Of a DNA stretch of 62,247 nucleotides, positions 36,648 to 45,640 are shown one piece after another (position 1 is the first letter of the stretch; the number at the start of each line of letters is the position of its first letter). The stretch is from a virus: the IMG/VR virus record IMGVR_UViG_3300009285_004982. One strand, 5' to 3'. The position numbers and the translations under genes were made by a program. The notes under the pieces were generated by a model. It was not told the DNA's origin. It made no database searches and saw only the letters and a program-made list of their open reading frames with translations.

Positions 36648-37307
36648 ATGAAAGTCAATGAGTTCTTTCGATGGATTTTTAAATTAAGAGAAAAACGAGA
36701 AGAAGGTTGGGTAATAGAGCGCCGTGTGTTAAAAAGGCGGGCTATCGATCAAGTAACTTCTCCTGCTATCGAGGTAACCAATGTTGCCGGGAATAATAAA
36801 ATGACCAGCGAGAGAACCGCCAAATTGGTGGACGCGATCCTAGAGGCGTGGACGAAATGCCTAAAGCCACCTTATGGAAGTGGTGAATTTAGTCCAGATG
36901 ATGGATCTACGGACTGTAATCGCTTTGTTCATGAGGTTTGCGTCAAATTAGGATTCGCCGGATTTGAAGGTTTACGAGCCAACAAGATGTTTGAATTGAT
37001 GGACAAGGATGACCACTGGCTCGACGTGTCGGGTGCGACGGCAGCCTATTATGCAAATTTAGGTGGGCTTATTGTTGCGGCCTGGAAGAATCCAGATCCA
37101 GATAAATCCGGGCATGTCGCTATCGTTCGACCCGGGATGGCCGGTAGCTCGGCCCAGTGGGATGTCAGTACGAAGGACATCCCCAAGATCGCCAATGTAG
37201 GGCCCGCCCAGACCTGTCGCCTGGATCGAGGAGCCAACTTCGCTTTCGGAAAAGATTCTAGGCCGACCTACTTTTTCTGGACTGTCTCGCTCAAGAAGGA
37301 TATATGA
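36648..37307 (+). CDS. Putative endolysin (CHAP / NlpC-P60-like cysteine peptidase)
   Basis: DCNRFVHEVC (catalytic Cys context) and GHVAIVRPG (His). Located after the tail genes. The start is uncertain; an internal Met lies near residue 52. Confidence 0.5.
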   Translation: MKVNEFFRWIFKLREKREEGWVIERRVLKRRAIDQVTSPAIEVTNVAGNNKMTSERTAKLVDAILEAWTKCLKPPYGSGEFSPDDGSTDCNRFVHEVCVKLGFAGFEGLRANKMFELMDKDDHWLDVSGATAAYYANLGGLIVAAWKNPDPDKSGHVAIVRPGMAGSSAQWDVSTKDIPKIANVGPAQTCRLDRGANFAFGKDSRPTYFFWTVSLKKDI

Positions 37308-37759
37308 CGGAACAGGATAAAAATGACTCGGCTGCCTTTCAATTGGGATTGGAGAATAAACGTGATATCGAAAACGCCAAATCTTCATTTGAACAATTCT
37401 ACCGCGAATCAATTCGTTTCCAGGCTGATATGCGCAATAGCATGGACATGGTTTCCAGTAAACAGGATGTTCTGAAAGAACGGTTTGAATTCGGCACAGC
37501 AAAGACGCTCAAGGATTTCAAGAGTGATTGGGATGAATTTCGGGTGCAGTGGGGCTCGAAGATGAAAGAGGACGAAATCAGAGATGGCCGGATTACGGCG
37601 TTGACGTTGGATACGAGGGCCAGTATCGAGGAGGTCAAACACGAATCGAGGGAGGCGAAGATCTGGGTCATGCGTTTGGCTATCGCAATTTTCGCGCCCA
37701 TCTCAGTCGGATTGACAATCTCATTTATTGTCTGGGCGTTTTCGAAATTTACTCCCTGA
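37304..37759 (+). CDS. Coiled-coil protein with a C-terminal transmembrane anchor (lysis-cassette candidate)
   Basis: C-terminus IWVMRLAIAIFAPISVGLTISFIVWAF. Confidence 0.3.
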   Translation: MTEQDKNDSAAFQLGLENKRDIENAKSSFEQFYRESIRFQADMRNSMDMVSSKQDVLKERFEFGTAKTLKDFKSDWDEFRVQWGSKMKEDEIRDGRITALTLDTRASIEEVKHESREAKIWVMRLAIAIFAPISVGLTISFIVWAFSKFTP

Positions 37760-37784
37760 TTGAAGGGAATTAAAAGGTTTATGA

Positions 37785-38354
37785 ATGGCACGACAATCAT
37801 CGCTCATGGAATGGCTCGAACAGACAAAACGGATATCCAAGGCCATCGATTATATTTGTCTCGATACAATCGATTCTATTTTTTCAATTCTATACGCTAT
37901 CGAACCGAAAATCATTCGTCGGCATTCTGATTTTTTCGATTATTTTTGCAATCTCTACCATAAACCAAATCCTGCCGATTTACTTAAAAAAACGAAAAAA
38001 GAACAGATCTCGTTTTTTAAGAAGTTTCAAAAAAGAAAAATACGCGAGGAATGTTTTGATTGTCCCGTTCCGGTCCGAGTATTGAGCCGGTTCGTTGAAG
38101 GTTCTATTCTTCGATGCAAGCAGGGAATGAAAGACACCTTATGGCTCTGGTTTGAGGTGATTGATTTTATGTATGAACGTCCGGAGCTCGTGAATCCAGC
38201 CGTTATCGACGAATACATGGAAACAAAGATCAATGAGGTTTGCCTAAAGCATAGGAAAAATAATCCGCTGACGAATGGAATGCGTGAAAAATTCGGGAAA
38301 TTCTACAAAGACGAGGACGGAAAATGGCAGCCGGAGAGAAGAAAACGGTTTTAA
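37785..38354 (+). CDS. Hypothetical protein
   Basis: 189-aa ORF. Confidence 0.5.
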   Translation: MARQSSLMEWLEQTKRISKAIDYICLDTIDSIFSILYAIEPKIIRRHSDFFDYFCNLYHKPNPADLLKKTKKEQISFFKKFQKRKIREECFDCPVPVRVLSRFVEGSILRCKQGMKDTLWLWFEVIDFMYERPELVNPAVIDEYMETKINEVCLKHRKNNPLTNGMREKFGKFYKDEDGKWQPERRKRF

Positions 38355-38541
38355 ATTCCACTCTAGAGTGGGCCAAGGAATTGTTGAAAACGAAAACGTT
38401 TTGGCTTCGTTGGCGATGGCGGTTCGGGGGAATTAAGTCTGGTGGAACGGGGATGAAAATACGGAGGATGAATGTCCTTGACAAGAAGTAAATAATTGTT
38501 TTCTTCGTCAATAAAGATATACTCGTAACGAGGTACTCTTT

Positions 38542-38721
38542 ATGGCCGACAATTATTTTGATCCAAACAAAAATCTTGAGTTCTATTTTCATGAAGTTTC
38601 TCAGCACACGCGGACGCGTGAAGATTTTGATTTACCGACGGATAATGAATTGGTCGAGCCGCTCAATGAGGCCTATCCAGGATGGTCGAGCCGATTGCTT
38701 GATCAACAGGATTGCGATTAA
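38542..38721 (+). CDS. Hypothetical small acidic protein
   Basis: 59-aa ORF, not in the supplied track. MADNYFDPNKNLEFYFHEV... looks more protein-like than the overlapping 38558..38740 frame. Confidence 0.3.
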   Translation: MADNYFDPNKNLEFYFHEVSQHTRTREDFDLPTDNELVEPLNEAYPGWSSRLLDQQDCD

Positions 38722-38736
38722 TGGCGGGTTGACGGG

Positions 38737-39090
38737 ATGACGCCACCGCCTTCGTCGGTTAAAATACGATTCATGAATATTGTCGGCTCGATGGATAGGC
38801 CTGGCTGTATTATCTGGCCGAGATCCAGAACAAAAAGCGGATACGGGAAAATAGGATGGAAACAGTACAATTTCATCACATTCATGGATACGCATCGGCT
38901 GGCATGGATTATTTATAAAGGGCCAATTCCAAACGGTCTGCATGTCTGCCACCGGTGCAATTTTAAGGCATGTGTAAATATCAAACATTTGTACCTGGGA
39001 ACTCGATTCGACAATATGCAAGATGCGTCTAGGGATGGATTACTAAAGAAGAAAAGGAAAAATATTTCACTGGAGGTTTGCCATGATTGA
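38737..39090 (+). CDS. HNH (HNH_3-type) endonuclease
   Basis: CIIWPRSRTKSGYGKI...THRLAWIIYKGPIPNGLHVCHRCNFKACVNIKHLYLGTRFDNMQD. Confidence 0.7.
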   Translation: MTPPPSSVKIRFMNIVGSMDRPGCIIWPRSRTKSGYGKIGWKQYNFITFMDTHRLAWIIYKGPIPNGLHVCHRCNFKACVNIKHLYLGTRFDNMQDASRDGLLKKKRKNISLEVCHD

Positions 39091-39346
39091 GAAATTGAAA
39101 ATGTGGATACTGGGCAACGTTATTCTGAAGAAGGTCGTCGGTAAATTCCTGAAACATGGAATCACAACGGTAGCCGGACTCGCCGGTGTTCAAGCTTTCT
39201 TGAAAGATTCGGGCGTTACTGTTGACTGGGGAAAACTTGAGGCCTGGGTTATTGTTGCAACCGGTGGTCTCGTTGGAGCGGCCTGGAACTTTATTCAGCA
39301 TAGATTTAACAAGAAAGAAACAATCGCCACCAAACCGGCGGCCTAA
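39083..39346 (+). CDS. Small two-TM membrane protein (holin candidate)
   Basis: 87 aa. Hydrophobic segments ITTVAGLAGVQAFL and WVIVATGGLVGAAW, with a charged C-terminus. Confidence 0.4.
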   Translation: MIEKLKMWILGNVILKKVVGKFLKHGITTVAGLAGVQAFLKDSGVTVDWGKLEAWVIVATGGLVGAAWNFIQHRFNKKETIATKPAA

Positions 39347-39379
39347 GATTGAAAATTTCTAACGGACGAAGGTCCGAAT

Positions 39380-39769
39380 GTGGGATGGCAGGCCGATAAT
39401 TACAGATCGCTGATCCGAAACTCAGAACGGACGAAGCTGGAAAATTCCCTGCTTCTTCTGATCCGGCAAAACCATCTCCCTGAGCCCGTTTCTCAGTTTA
39501 AGTTTTGTGCTGACCGAAAATGGGTGGCCGATTTTGCTTATCCGGAACAGAAGATCCTGATCGAGTGTGAGGGGGGGCTCTGGAGAAAGAACCAAGAGGG
39601 ACAGTGGGCGGGAGCCCATTCGTATCCCGGAGCCATTCTCAGGGATATTGAGAAATACAATCAGGCCGCCCTACTCGGCTACCGGTTATTTCGATTCACC
39701 GACTATCAGCTGAAAGACGGTTCGGCCATAGAAATATTAAAGAAAGCTCTTGAGTTGACGACGCGATGA
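39380..39769 (+). CDS. Vsr/DUF559-like PD-(D/E)XK endonuclease
   Basis: RKWVADFAYPEQKILIECEGGLW...AHS...RDIEKYNQAALLGYRLFRF. Confidence 0.6.
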   Translation: MGWQADNYRSLIRNSERTKLENSLLLLIRQNHLPEPVSQFKFCADRKWVADFAYPEQKILIECEGGLWRKNQEGQWAGAHSYPGAILRDIEKYNQAALLGYRLFRFTDYQLKDGSAIEILKKALELTTR

Positions 39770-39834
39770 AGTTTCTCTAAGATTATATGGGGATGGTCGC
39801 TGATTGAACGATCATCTTTCATCGTGATGGCCCC

Positions 39835-39924
39835 CTCTCAGGGTGTTCCATCTTAAAAGATACCCGGTCCTTCCTACCTCAACTTCAGGTTGATGTTATC
39901 GAGCTTAGGATCGGGTATTTTTTT
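39835..39924 (+). promoter_or_regulatory. Conserved box plus terminator-like hairpin, unit 1
   Basis: CTCTCAGG-N5-CCATCTTAAAAGATACCCGGTC. Stem TACCCGGTCC (39861..39870) / GGATCGGGTA (39908..39917), then T7. Confidence 0.45.
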
Positions 39925-39934
39925 CTTAACTTTG

Positions 39935-39963
39935 TTGACTTCTACTTCATTTTTTATTTGAAT
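39935..39963 (+). promoter_or_regulatory. Sigma70-like promoter candidate (TTGACT-N17-TTGAAT)
   Basis: -35 at 39935..39940. The -10 is weak. Confidence 0.3.
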
Positions 39964-40372
39964 TCTTTCATTAAAATCGAACCTGGAGATTTCAATCAAA
40001 CGAAGCTCGATAACTCCAGTGGATGAAAATCCAGAATAAAAAGCGAAGAGTCGAATAAGAAGCGGGAATAGCTTCACACCAAAACTCGACGGGCATATAA
40101 TAACTTGTTGTTTCCCGCACAGATAAGGCTAAAGATCTGGATTGGTCTTCAATTTAATCAAAACAAAGATATCCTAATCTAGAGAATCCGGTTCTCGACA
40201 GACGCCTGGGTGTTTGGGGCGACAAGATTAGCATCTTAAGCATCATAGATTTATAAACAATGGACAAGGAAAATGCCCAGAGAGGAAGATTTCGCCTTTT
40301 TGTTTTTTCTCATCTTCCACCGATTTCCTGGCCTGCCGAGACATCGGACGAACGTCCGGCGGAATGACTCAC

Positions 40373-40474
40373 TCTCAGGTGCGCCATCCTAAAAGATATC
40401 CGGTCTCCCAACCGACAGACCACTAGCCTCCGGTTAAGGTAGTTCTCTCCGATTAGGGACTGGATATTTTTTTC
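40373..40474 (+). promoter_or_regulatory. Conserved box plus terminator-like hairpin, unit 2
   Basis: CTCTCAGG-N4-CCATCCTAAAAGATATCCGGTC. Stem ATATCCGGTC (40397..40406) / GACTGGATAT (40458..40467), then T7. There is a compensatory change relative to unit 1. Confidence 0.45.
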
Positions 40475-40484
40475 TCCATTCCCC

Positions 40485-40513
40485 TTGACTTCACTGTTCG
40501 TGTTTCTTACGAT
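40485..40513 (+). promoter_or_regulatory. Sigma70-like promoter candidate (TTGACT-N17-TACGAT)
   Basis: -35 at 40485..40490 and -10 at 40508..40513. Confidence 0.4.
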
Positions 40514-40553
40514 TCCCTCCTCATGGCATCGGTTCTATTCACATCAAATTTCT

Positions 40554-40613
40554 CCCCGCTTCCGATTCTCGACCGGTGCCAACTTATCTTGAATCGGGGT
40601 GGGGCATTTTTTT
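40554..40613 (+). terminator. Third terminator-like hairpin just upstream of the first early gene
   Basis: CCGATTC (40562..40568) / GAATCGG (40591..40597), flanked by CCCC/GGGG, then T7 (40607..40613). Confidence 0.35.
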
Positions 40614-40624
40614 AGACGGAGAAA

Positions 40625-41866
40625 TTGAAGTTGGATTCAGCCAAAAAGCCAGAAACATTTCTCGATCTTTATCTTCAATATGCCACAGAGCAAACGGATG
40701 CTCCGCGTATTTTCCATGAATATCTTGCCTACTTTATTCTCTCCAGTGTAATCGGGAAAAGTATTCACACGAAATTTGGATATAAGGATCTTTATCCGAA
40801 TCTTTACCTTCTACTTATAGCTCCGTCAAGTATTCATCGAAAATCCTGGTCGCAAAATATGGCTATTCATATCATTCGGGAAATCCATCGGGATATTCTT
40901 ATCCCCGATTGTTCGTCGCGCGAATCATTTATTGCTGAATTTGCCGACAAAGAAAGAACTCCGCATGAAACAGGAGTTTTTAAAATAGATGAATTTAAGG
41001 GATTTATGGATCGGATGAAAAACAATAATTACTTTTCTGGTTTCATTCAAGATTTAAGCAGTATGTATGATGGAGATCCTGTTCGAAGACGAAAGGGGGT
41101 TGATAATGTCGAGACCTATACGATTGAAAAACCATTCTTAAATATAACGGCGGCCTGTTCAACCGATTGGTTAAACCAAGCTATCCAATCTGCCGATATA
41201 TCCGGTGGATTCTTGGCGCGATTCATTTGGGTTATAAGCAATGATCTGATCGTAAATCCATCCCCTTGGCCAAAAATGGCGGATGGAAAAAAACGGAGTT
41301 CTTTAATCGGTAAACTGGAAAATATACGAAGAATATTAGATGTTAAATTGGGTTCCCATGTTGATTTCTTGAATGCTGAATACCGCTGGAATGAGTGGTA
41401 TCAGGGATTTTATTCTAATCATCAGGGGGGAATGTGGGATGCAAACTATCATCGAATGTCAATTACTGTTCGGAAGTTAGCGATATTAAATTGCATCATG
41501 AGATATGAAGCGAAAGGGATTGAGGCGAACCAACCCGGCGTTTTCCTTGCAAATGATGAAGATGTTACCAGGGCTACAGAACTCGGAGAAAAATCAATTC
41601 GATGCCTAGATATGATTCAAATCGGAAATGGAAAATTCGATCTTTATATGAAGAAGGCTCTACGCGTCATCATGAAGGCCGACGGAATGAGACTCGAAGG
41701 ATGTGAACACAGGGTCGTTCAACAAAATGTAAAGGTCTCAAGCTTTATTATGAAGCAAGTCATCGAATCGCTGAAAGATATGGATTTGATTGAAATAAAT
41801 AGGGGTCCAAAGGGTGGGCTGGTCTACAAGGCAAAAGAAGGAGCTGATGGTTGGCTGGCGTCCTAA
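40625..41866 (+). CDS. DUF3987-type replication protein (primase/helicase-associated) with a C-terminal winged-helix-like region
   Basis: 413 aa, TTG start with RBS GGAG. APRIFHEYLAYFILSSVIG...LYLLLIAPSSIHRKSW and GGFLARFIWV are typical of DUF3987. Confidence 0.55.
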   Translation: MKLDSAKKPETFLDLYLQYATEQTDAPRIFHEYLAYFILSSVIGKSIHTKFGYKDLYPNLYLLLIAPSSIHRKSWSQNMAIHIIREIHRDILIPDCSSRESFIAEFADKERTPHETGVFKIDEFKGFMDRMKNNNYFSGFIQDLSSMYDGDPVRRRKGVDNVETYTIEKPFLNITAACSTDWLNQAIQSADISGGFLARFIWVISNDLIVNPSPWPKMADGKKRSSLIGKLENIRRILDVKLGSHVDFLNAEYRWNEWYQGFYSNHQGGMWDANYHRMSITVRKLAILNCIMRYEAKGIEANQPGVFLANDEDVTRATELGEKSIRCLDMIQIGNGKFDLYMKKALRVIMKADGMRLEGCEHRVVQQNVKVSSFIMKQVIESLKDMDLIEINRGPKGGLVYKAKEGADGWLAS

Positions 41867-42160
41867 TGTTGACATTTGTAGATCTACGTAGATTCTACAT
41901 TTCTACATTCAACGTAGGAGATTTTTAGAAAAGCATTGAATAGATCTATTTCTAGATACAAAAAACAATTTGTAGAAGAAAATAGCCATCCCTATACTAA
42001 AGAGAAGAGAATAAAGAATATAAAGAAACATATAATATATAAGGATACTGATTAAAATCACTGAGTATATGGGCCTTCTACATTTAAAAAAATACGTTAA
42101 AACACATGTAAAACAAAGTCGTTTAGCGTATATTTTTTGATTACAACATTTGTCTACAGA
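41867..42160. repeat. AT-rich iteron tract (candidate replication origin)
   Basis: TCTACA/TGTAGA hexamers at 41877, 41894, 41902, 41971, 42077 and 42153, plus a near-copy TCTACG at 41883. TAGATCTA-type palindromes and long A/T runs are also present. Confidence 0.45.
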
Positions 42161-42836
42161 TAAAATGGTAACAGATCAGATAAAGCGTAACTTAACCGAT
42201 ATTTATTTTGTCATCCGACAAGTTCCCGGATGGCTGGCTTGGTGCAAATCGGCGGATTACACAGACAGTGAAATCGGGTTTCTCGAAAAGATGGATGATG
42301 AGTACAAGAATTATAATCCGGCCATCGAGATCGAAAAATGGGAACAGGAAATAGACAAGGAATTCGATCTCGATGTTTGGTCCGCTTCGGATAATCAGGA
42401 AAAATTATCTGTTTTGACATGGAAATATTCTCATTGGCGTAGGCTTTATTTTATGAAGTGCGGACGCGATATAAATGAGGCGATTCGAATCGATAGGAAG
42501 GTTTCCCATATCGAGCATCTTATGCGGATGACAAAAGCGAAATTGAATTTTAGGGATACGGGAAGAAAAAATTATCTTTTGTCGGATGATCAGATCAGGA
42601 AAGCATCATTCTATCCCCTAGAAAGATTACTGGATGAATTCGGGATTGAGATTACGAAAAGCAATAAAATTATCTGTCCCTTTCACGAAGATAAACATCC
42701 ATCCATGTGGATCAAAAAAGGATTCGGTTATTGCTTTTCCTGTCAGGCCTCCGTTGATTCAGTGGGTTGGCTTATGCGGATAGAAGGATATTCATTCCCA
42801 GATGCAGTCAGAAGATTGATAAGGGAGGATTTCTAG
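42150..42836 (+). CDS. Protein with a DnaG-type CHC2 primase zinc finger
   Basis: ICPFHEDKHPSMWIKKGFGYCFSCQASVDSVGWLM. TTG start. Confidence 0.6.
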   Translation: MSTDKMVTDQIKRNLTDIYFVIRQVPGWLAWCKSADYTDSEIGFLEKMDDEYKNYNPAIEIEKWEQEIDKEFDLDVWSASDNQEKLSVLTWKYSHWRRLYFMKCGRDINEAIRIDRKVSHIEHLMRMTKAKLNFRDTGRKNYLLSDDQIRKASFYPLERLLDEFGIEITKSNKIICPFHEDKHPSMWIKKGFGYCFSCQASVDSVGWLMRIEGYSFPDAVRRLIREDF

Positions 42837-43142
42837 ATGGGTGACGAAATTGATGATGATTCGTTTTTCATTCACGGGGATATCAGAAAACAATTCCTGG
42901 ATGATGAAGTAAAATTAAAAAGACATCGGGAAACTTATGCTCAAACAAGGGCCATTGTTTTTTGTGTTCGATGCGGATCAACGACGGTAGATCAAAATTT
43001 CACGACAGAATTACGTTGTTATGAATGCGGAACAACACTCGAATGGAATAGCCGGAAATTTAGTATCCGCAGAGATCCGGCTTCCGGCGAAGGAGATGTA
43101 TTGGCGGCGTTTCGTAGTATGCGAAAAGAAATTACGGAATAG
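42837..43142 (+). CDS. Zinc-ribbon protein
   Basis: CVRCGS...CYECGT. Confidence 0.5.
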   Translation: MGDEIDDDSFFIHGDIRKQFLDDEVKLKRHRETYAQTRAIVFCVRCGSTTVDQNFTTELRCYECGTTLEWNSRKFSIRRDPASGEGDVLAAFRSMRKEITE

Positions 43143-43148
43143 AATTCG

Positions 43149-43358
43149 ATGAATCCTACTGACGATAATCAATCGCAATTACAATTCGGCGACACCGCCA
43201 TTCTTGAAAAGATGCGCCGGGAACGGGAGTTAAAGAAAGAGGCACGGGAAGCTTTCTTTCGCCTCCGACCATGTGTTTCGTGCCAAGGGACGGGAAAGGA
43301 TCAGCTGGAGTTCGCGGTGTTTAAGAAAAAGTATCCGAACTATTGGGTTAAACGATGA
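43149..43358 (+). CDS. Hypothetical protein
   Basis: 69-aa ORF. Confidence 0.45.
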   Translation: MNPTDDNQSQLQFGDTAILEKMRRERELKKEAREAFFRLRPCVSCQGTGKDQLEFAVFKKKYPNYWVKR

Positions 43359-43618
43359 AGCCAAATCAATCCATTGATCTCTGCGCCAAGTGCGGCGATC
43401 ACCGCAAAAACCATCCTTACGATTCAAAACCGAGCCGAAAAGGAGGATGCCACTATTTCTTCCTCGGCATGGAATGCTGGGATGATCCTGGAAGAAAAAG
43501 AGATCCCCGGGTTTGGCGAGAGACCTTCGCGTGGAAGAAATTCGAGAATGACCGGAAGGACGCCGAATGCCCCCTATGCGCCAATCCGTTTAATTCATGT
43601 TTATGTGAATTAGGATGA
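43355..43618 (+). CDS. Cys-rich hypothetical protein
   Basis: CAKCGDH...CPLCANPFNSCLC. ATGA overlap with the upstream gene. Confidence 0.5.
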   Translation: MKPNQSIDLCAKCGDHRKNHPYDSKPSRKGGCHYFFLGMECWDDPGRKRDPRVWRETFAWKKFENDRKDAECPLCANPFNSCLCELG

Positions 43619-43878
43619 CCGAAAAAGAAGCGAAGGAGATTATCGAAATCTCCATAGGTTGCGATGGCCCATTAAGTCGCCATGAGTCTGGCAAGTATAT
43701 GAAGGCCAGGGGTTATCTTGATGCCTTAGCCAAAATAAGATCGATCCTGGATGAATTCCAATGTGATTTTAAATGCTCTCCCTGGACATCTTGTAAATAT
43801 CATGGATGTACATTCGCAACTTGCTATTGCAGCATAAAACGAAAGAAAGCAATTGATGAATGGGAAAAGAATAAATGA
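43615..43878 (+). CDS. Hypothetical protein
   Basis: 87-aa ORF, overlapping start/stop. Confidence 0.5.
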   Translation: MTEKEAKEIIEISIGCDGPLSRHESGKYMKARGYLDALAKIRSILDEFQCDFKCSPWTSCKYHGCTFATCYCSIKRKKAIDEWEKNK

Positions 43879-44048
43879 AAAACAATCCTAAAAGACGCTT
43901 CAAATTCTTTAGACCGCGAGCGTTTGCGCCCCTCAAAGACGTGATTGAACCACGGGACGAAGACGAAGAGAGCCCGCCACCGGAACCACAGCCAGTGGAT
44001 CAGCATATAGAAAATGGCGAAATCGAACAAAATGGGGAGATCCAATAA
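43875..44048 (+). CDS. Hypothetical small protein
   Basis: 57-aa ORF with ATGA coupling, not in the supplied track. Confidence 0.3.
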   Translation: MKNNPKRRFKFFRPRAFAPLKDVIEPRDEDEESPPPEPQPVDQHIENGEIEQNGEIQ

Positions 44049-44075
44049 TAATCGATTTTGCTATTGTAAAATAGC

Positions 44076-44106
44076 TTGACACATAACTCCCCGCGCTTGG
44101 TATAAT
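44076..44106 (+). promoter_or_regulatory. Strong sigma70-like promoter (TTGACA, extended -10 TGgTATAAT)
   Basis: TTGACA at 44076..44081, TG at 44098..44099, TATAAT at 44101..44106. The spacer is 19 nt, which is long. Confidence 0.5.
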
Positions 44107-44128
44107 ATGATAGCTAGAATCGAATGCC

Positions 44129-44332
44129 ATGGCCAAAAAACGTAAAACTAGAAGTGTTAGCCAAGAAAAAACACCGGAAATTAAGACATGCCCCCGCATC
44201 GGTAAAAAACGATGTTTGGGAAATTTTGCCATTAACAAGCATAACCAAATATATTGCTCGCGATTCTGTTATAACCAAAATCGGATGAATCGTTATTGGG
44301 AAAAAAGAATTAATCGGAAACAGAAAATTTGA
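44129..44332 (+). CDS. Small basic Cys-containing protein
   Basis: 67 aa, the first ORF after the 44076 promoter. Confidence 0.45.
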   Translation: MAKKRKTRSVSQEKTPEIKTCPRIGKKRCLGNFAINKHNQIYCSRFCYNQNRMNRYWEKRINRKQKI

Positions 44333-44471
44333 GATGTGATGTTGTGAATTGTTCTGATGTGGTGTGGTGTGTTTTGCGATGTGTTGAAATGAAATCATCT
44401 CTGAGATGCAAAGGCAGGGTAGACGTAAAAATCTATCCTGCCACAATTTAGAATACAATCCGGAGGTCATA

Positions 44472-45278
44472 ATGGAAAATGAAATCCAAACAGCCCAATC
44501 CCAAAATAACACTCTTGCACTACCGGGTTCATTCGATCAAATTGTCGAATATGCCCATAGATACCCTCGGAATGTTATGGCTGCAATAGAGGGCTGCAAA
44601 AAAGAATTAGATGTTGTTCCTGGCCTCGCTTCGAAAAGTTATTTTTCAATTCCATATAATTTGGGTCGCACCAATGAAACGAGAGTAGAAGGAATTTCTA
44701 TTTGGGGTGCCGAAACTCTTCTCCGATATTTCAAGAATTGTGTGGCAATGTCGAAATTTGCTTCTGAGGATGACGAGTATATATACATCGATGGTTTATT
44801 TTTTGACGCCGAACAAATCATTCTCAACACGATGCAAATTCGCGGTTGGAAATTCTATCGGCCACGGGATTCGAATAAAATCTTATTATTGGACCCCACG
44901 GCACGACGAAACCTGGAAATGGCCTGTCAGAGCAAGATAAGAAGAAACGCAATCATCCACTCATTACCAGCTTGGTATCGTGAAGAATTCTTTTCCTATG
45001 CCAAGGAATTGGTGATCCGACCGAAAGCCGGTGAGCGAACAAAATCAATTCAAGAACGACTCACAGATGGGAAGAAACTTCTCATCAAGGAGTTCAAAAT
45101 CACGCCCGAATATCTTGAGGAATATATCCAGCTCAACTGGGACGCTATCGAAGACGACCAAAACCTCTTGGTTCATCTGCATGGTCTTTACCGTGGCCTC
45201 AAAGATGGCGAATTCCACGTGACTGATGGGAAGTTCGAATCAAAGAAAAATATCGGGATACCGCAAGAGAAAAAATGA
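44472..45278 (+). CDS. Putative single-strand annealing / recombination protein (uncertain)
   Basis: ATG 44472 with RBS GGAGG. VEGISIWGAETLLRYFKNC resembles RecT/Redbeta-type segments. A PD-(D/E)XK exonuclease-like gene lies two ORFs downstream. Confidence 0.3.
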   Translation: MENEIQTAQSQNNTLALPGSFDQIVEYAHRYPRNVMAAIEGCKKELDVVPGLASKSYFSIPYNLGRTNETRVEGISIWGAETLLRYFKNCVAMSKFASEDDEYIYIDGLFFDAEQIILNTMQIRGWKFYRPRDSNKILLLDPTARRNLEMACQSKIRRNAIIHSLPAWYREEFFSYAKELVIRPKAGERTKSIQERLTDGKKLLIKEFKITPEYLEEYIQLNWDAIEDDQNLLVHLHGLYRGLKDGEFHVTDGKFESKKNIGIPQEKK

Positions 45279-45640
45279 ATAATTCTCCCGAAGTCTTTAT
45301 TGATGGTCATCGGTATGTGAAAGAGGAACCAGAACCGGATCGGGTGTCAATCTGGTATATGCGTGATAATCATACATTCGCGAAAATTTACGGGACTCTG
45401 GTAGATGACATTCTTTCAAAAGCAGATGCTATGGAAAAATCATATCCCTGGGGGATGTTATGTCCTGTTACTCTTTTAATTGGATTTAAGGAATTGAGGC
45501 GGGTTGGGAGTGAGGTTCATAGTCATGGTTTAAAAAATCCAGACATATGGATTGAGGGAAAAAAGAAATGGCGTATAGACGTTGAAAACGATATGGATAT
45601 TATGCGATTATTGCCATTCAATTTAGAAAAAAATGATTAA
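45275..45640 (+). CDS. Hypothetical protein
   Basis: 121-aa ORF. Confidence 0.5.
   Translation: MNNSPEVFIDGHRYVKEEPEPDRVSIWYMRDNHTFAKIYGTLVDDILSKADAMEKSYPWGMLCPVTLLIGFKELRRVGSEVHSHGLKNPDIWIEGKKKWRIDVENDMDIMRLLPFNLEKND

Noticed and set aside
39874-40077. 67-aa minus-strand ORF in the regulatory region
   Set aside because: It overlaps the promoter and terminator elements, is isolated on the minus strand, and has low-complexity translation.
40260-40367. 35-aa ORF (MDKENAQRGRF...) in the early regulatory region
   Set aside because: No RBS, and it overlaps the CGGACGAACGTCCG palindrome and the conserved box. It is more likely part of an untranslated leader.
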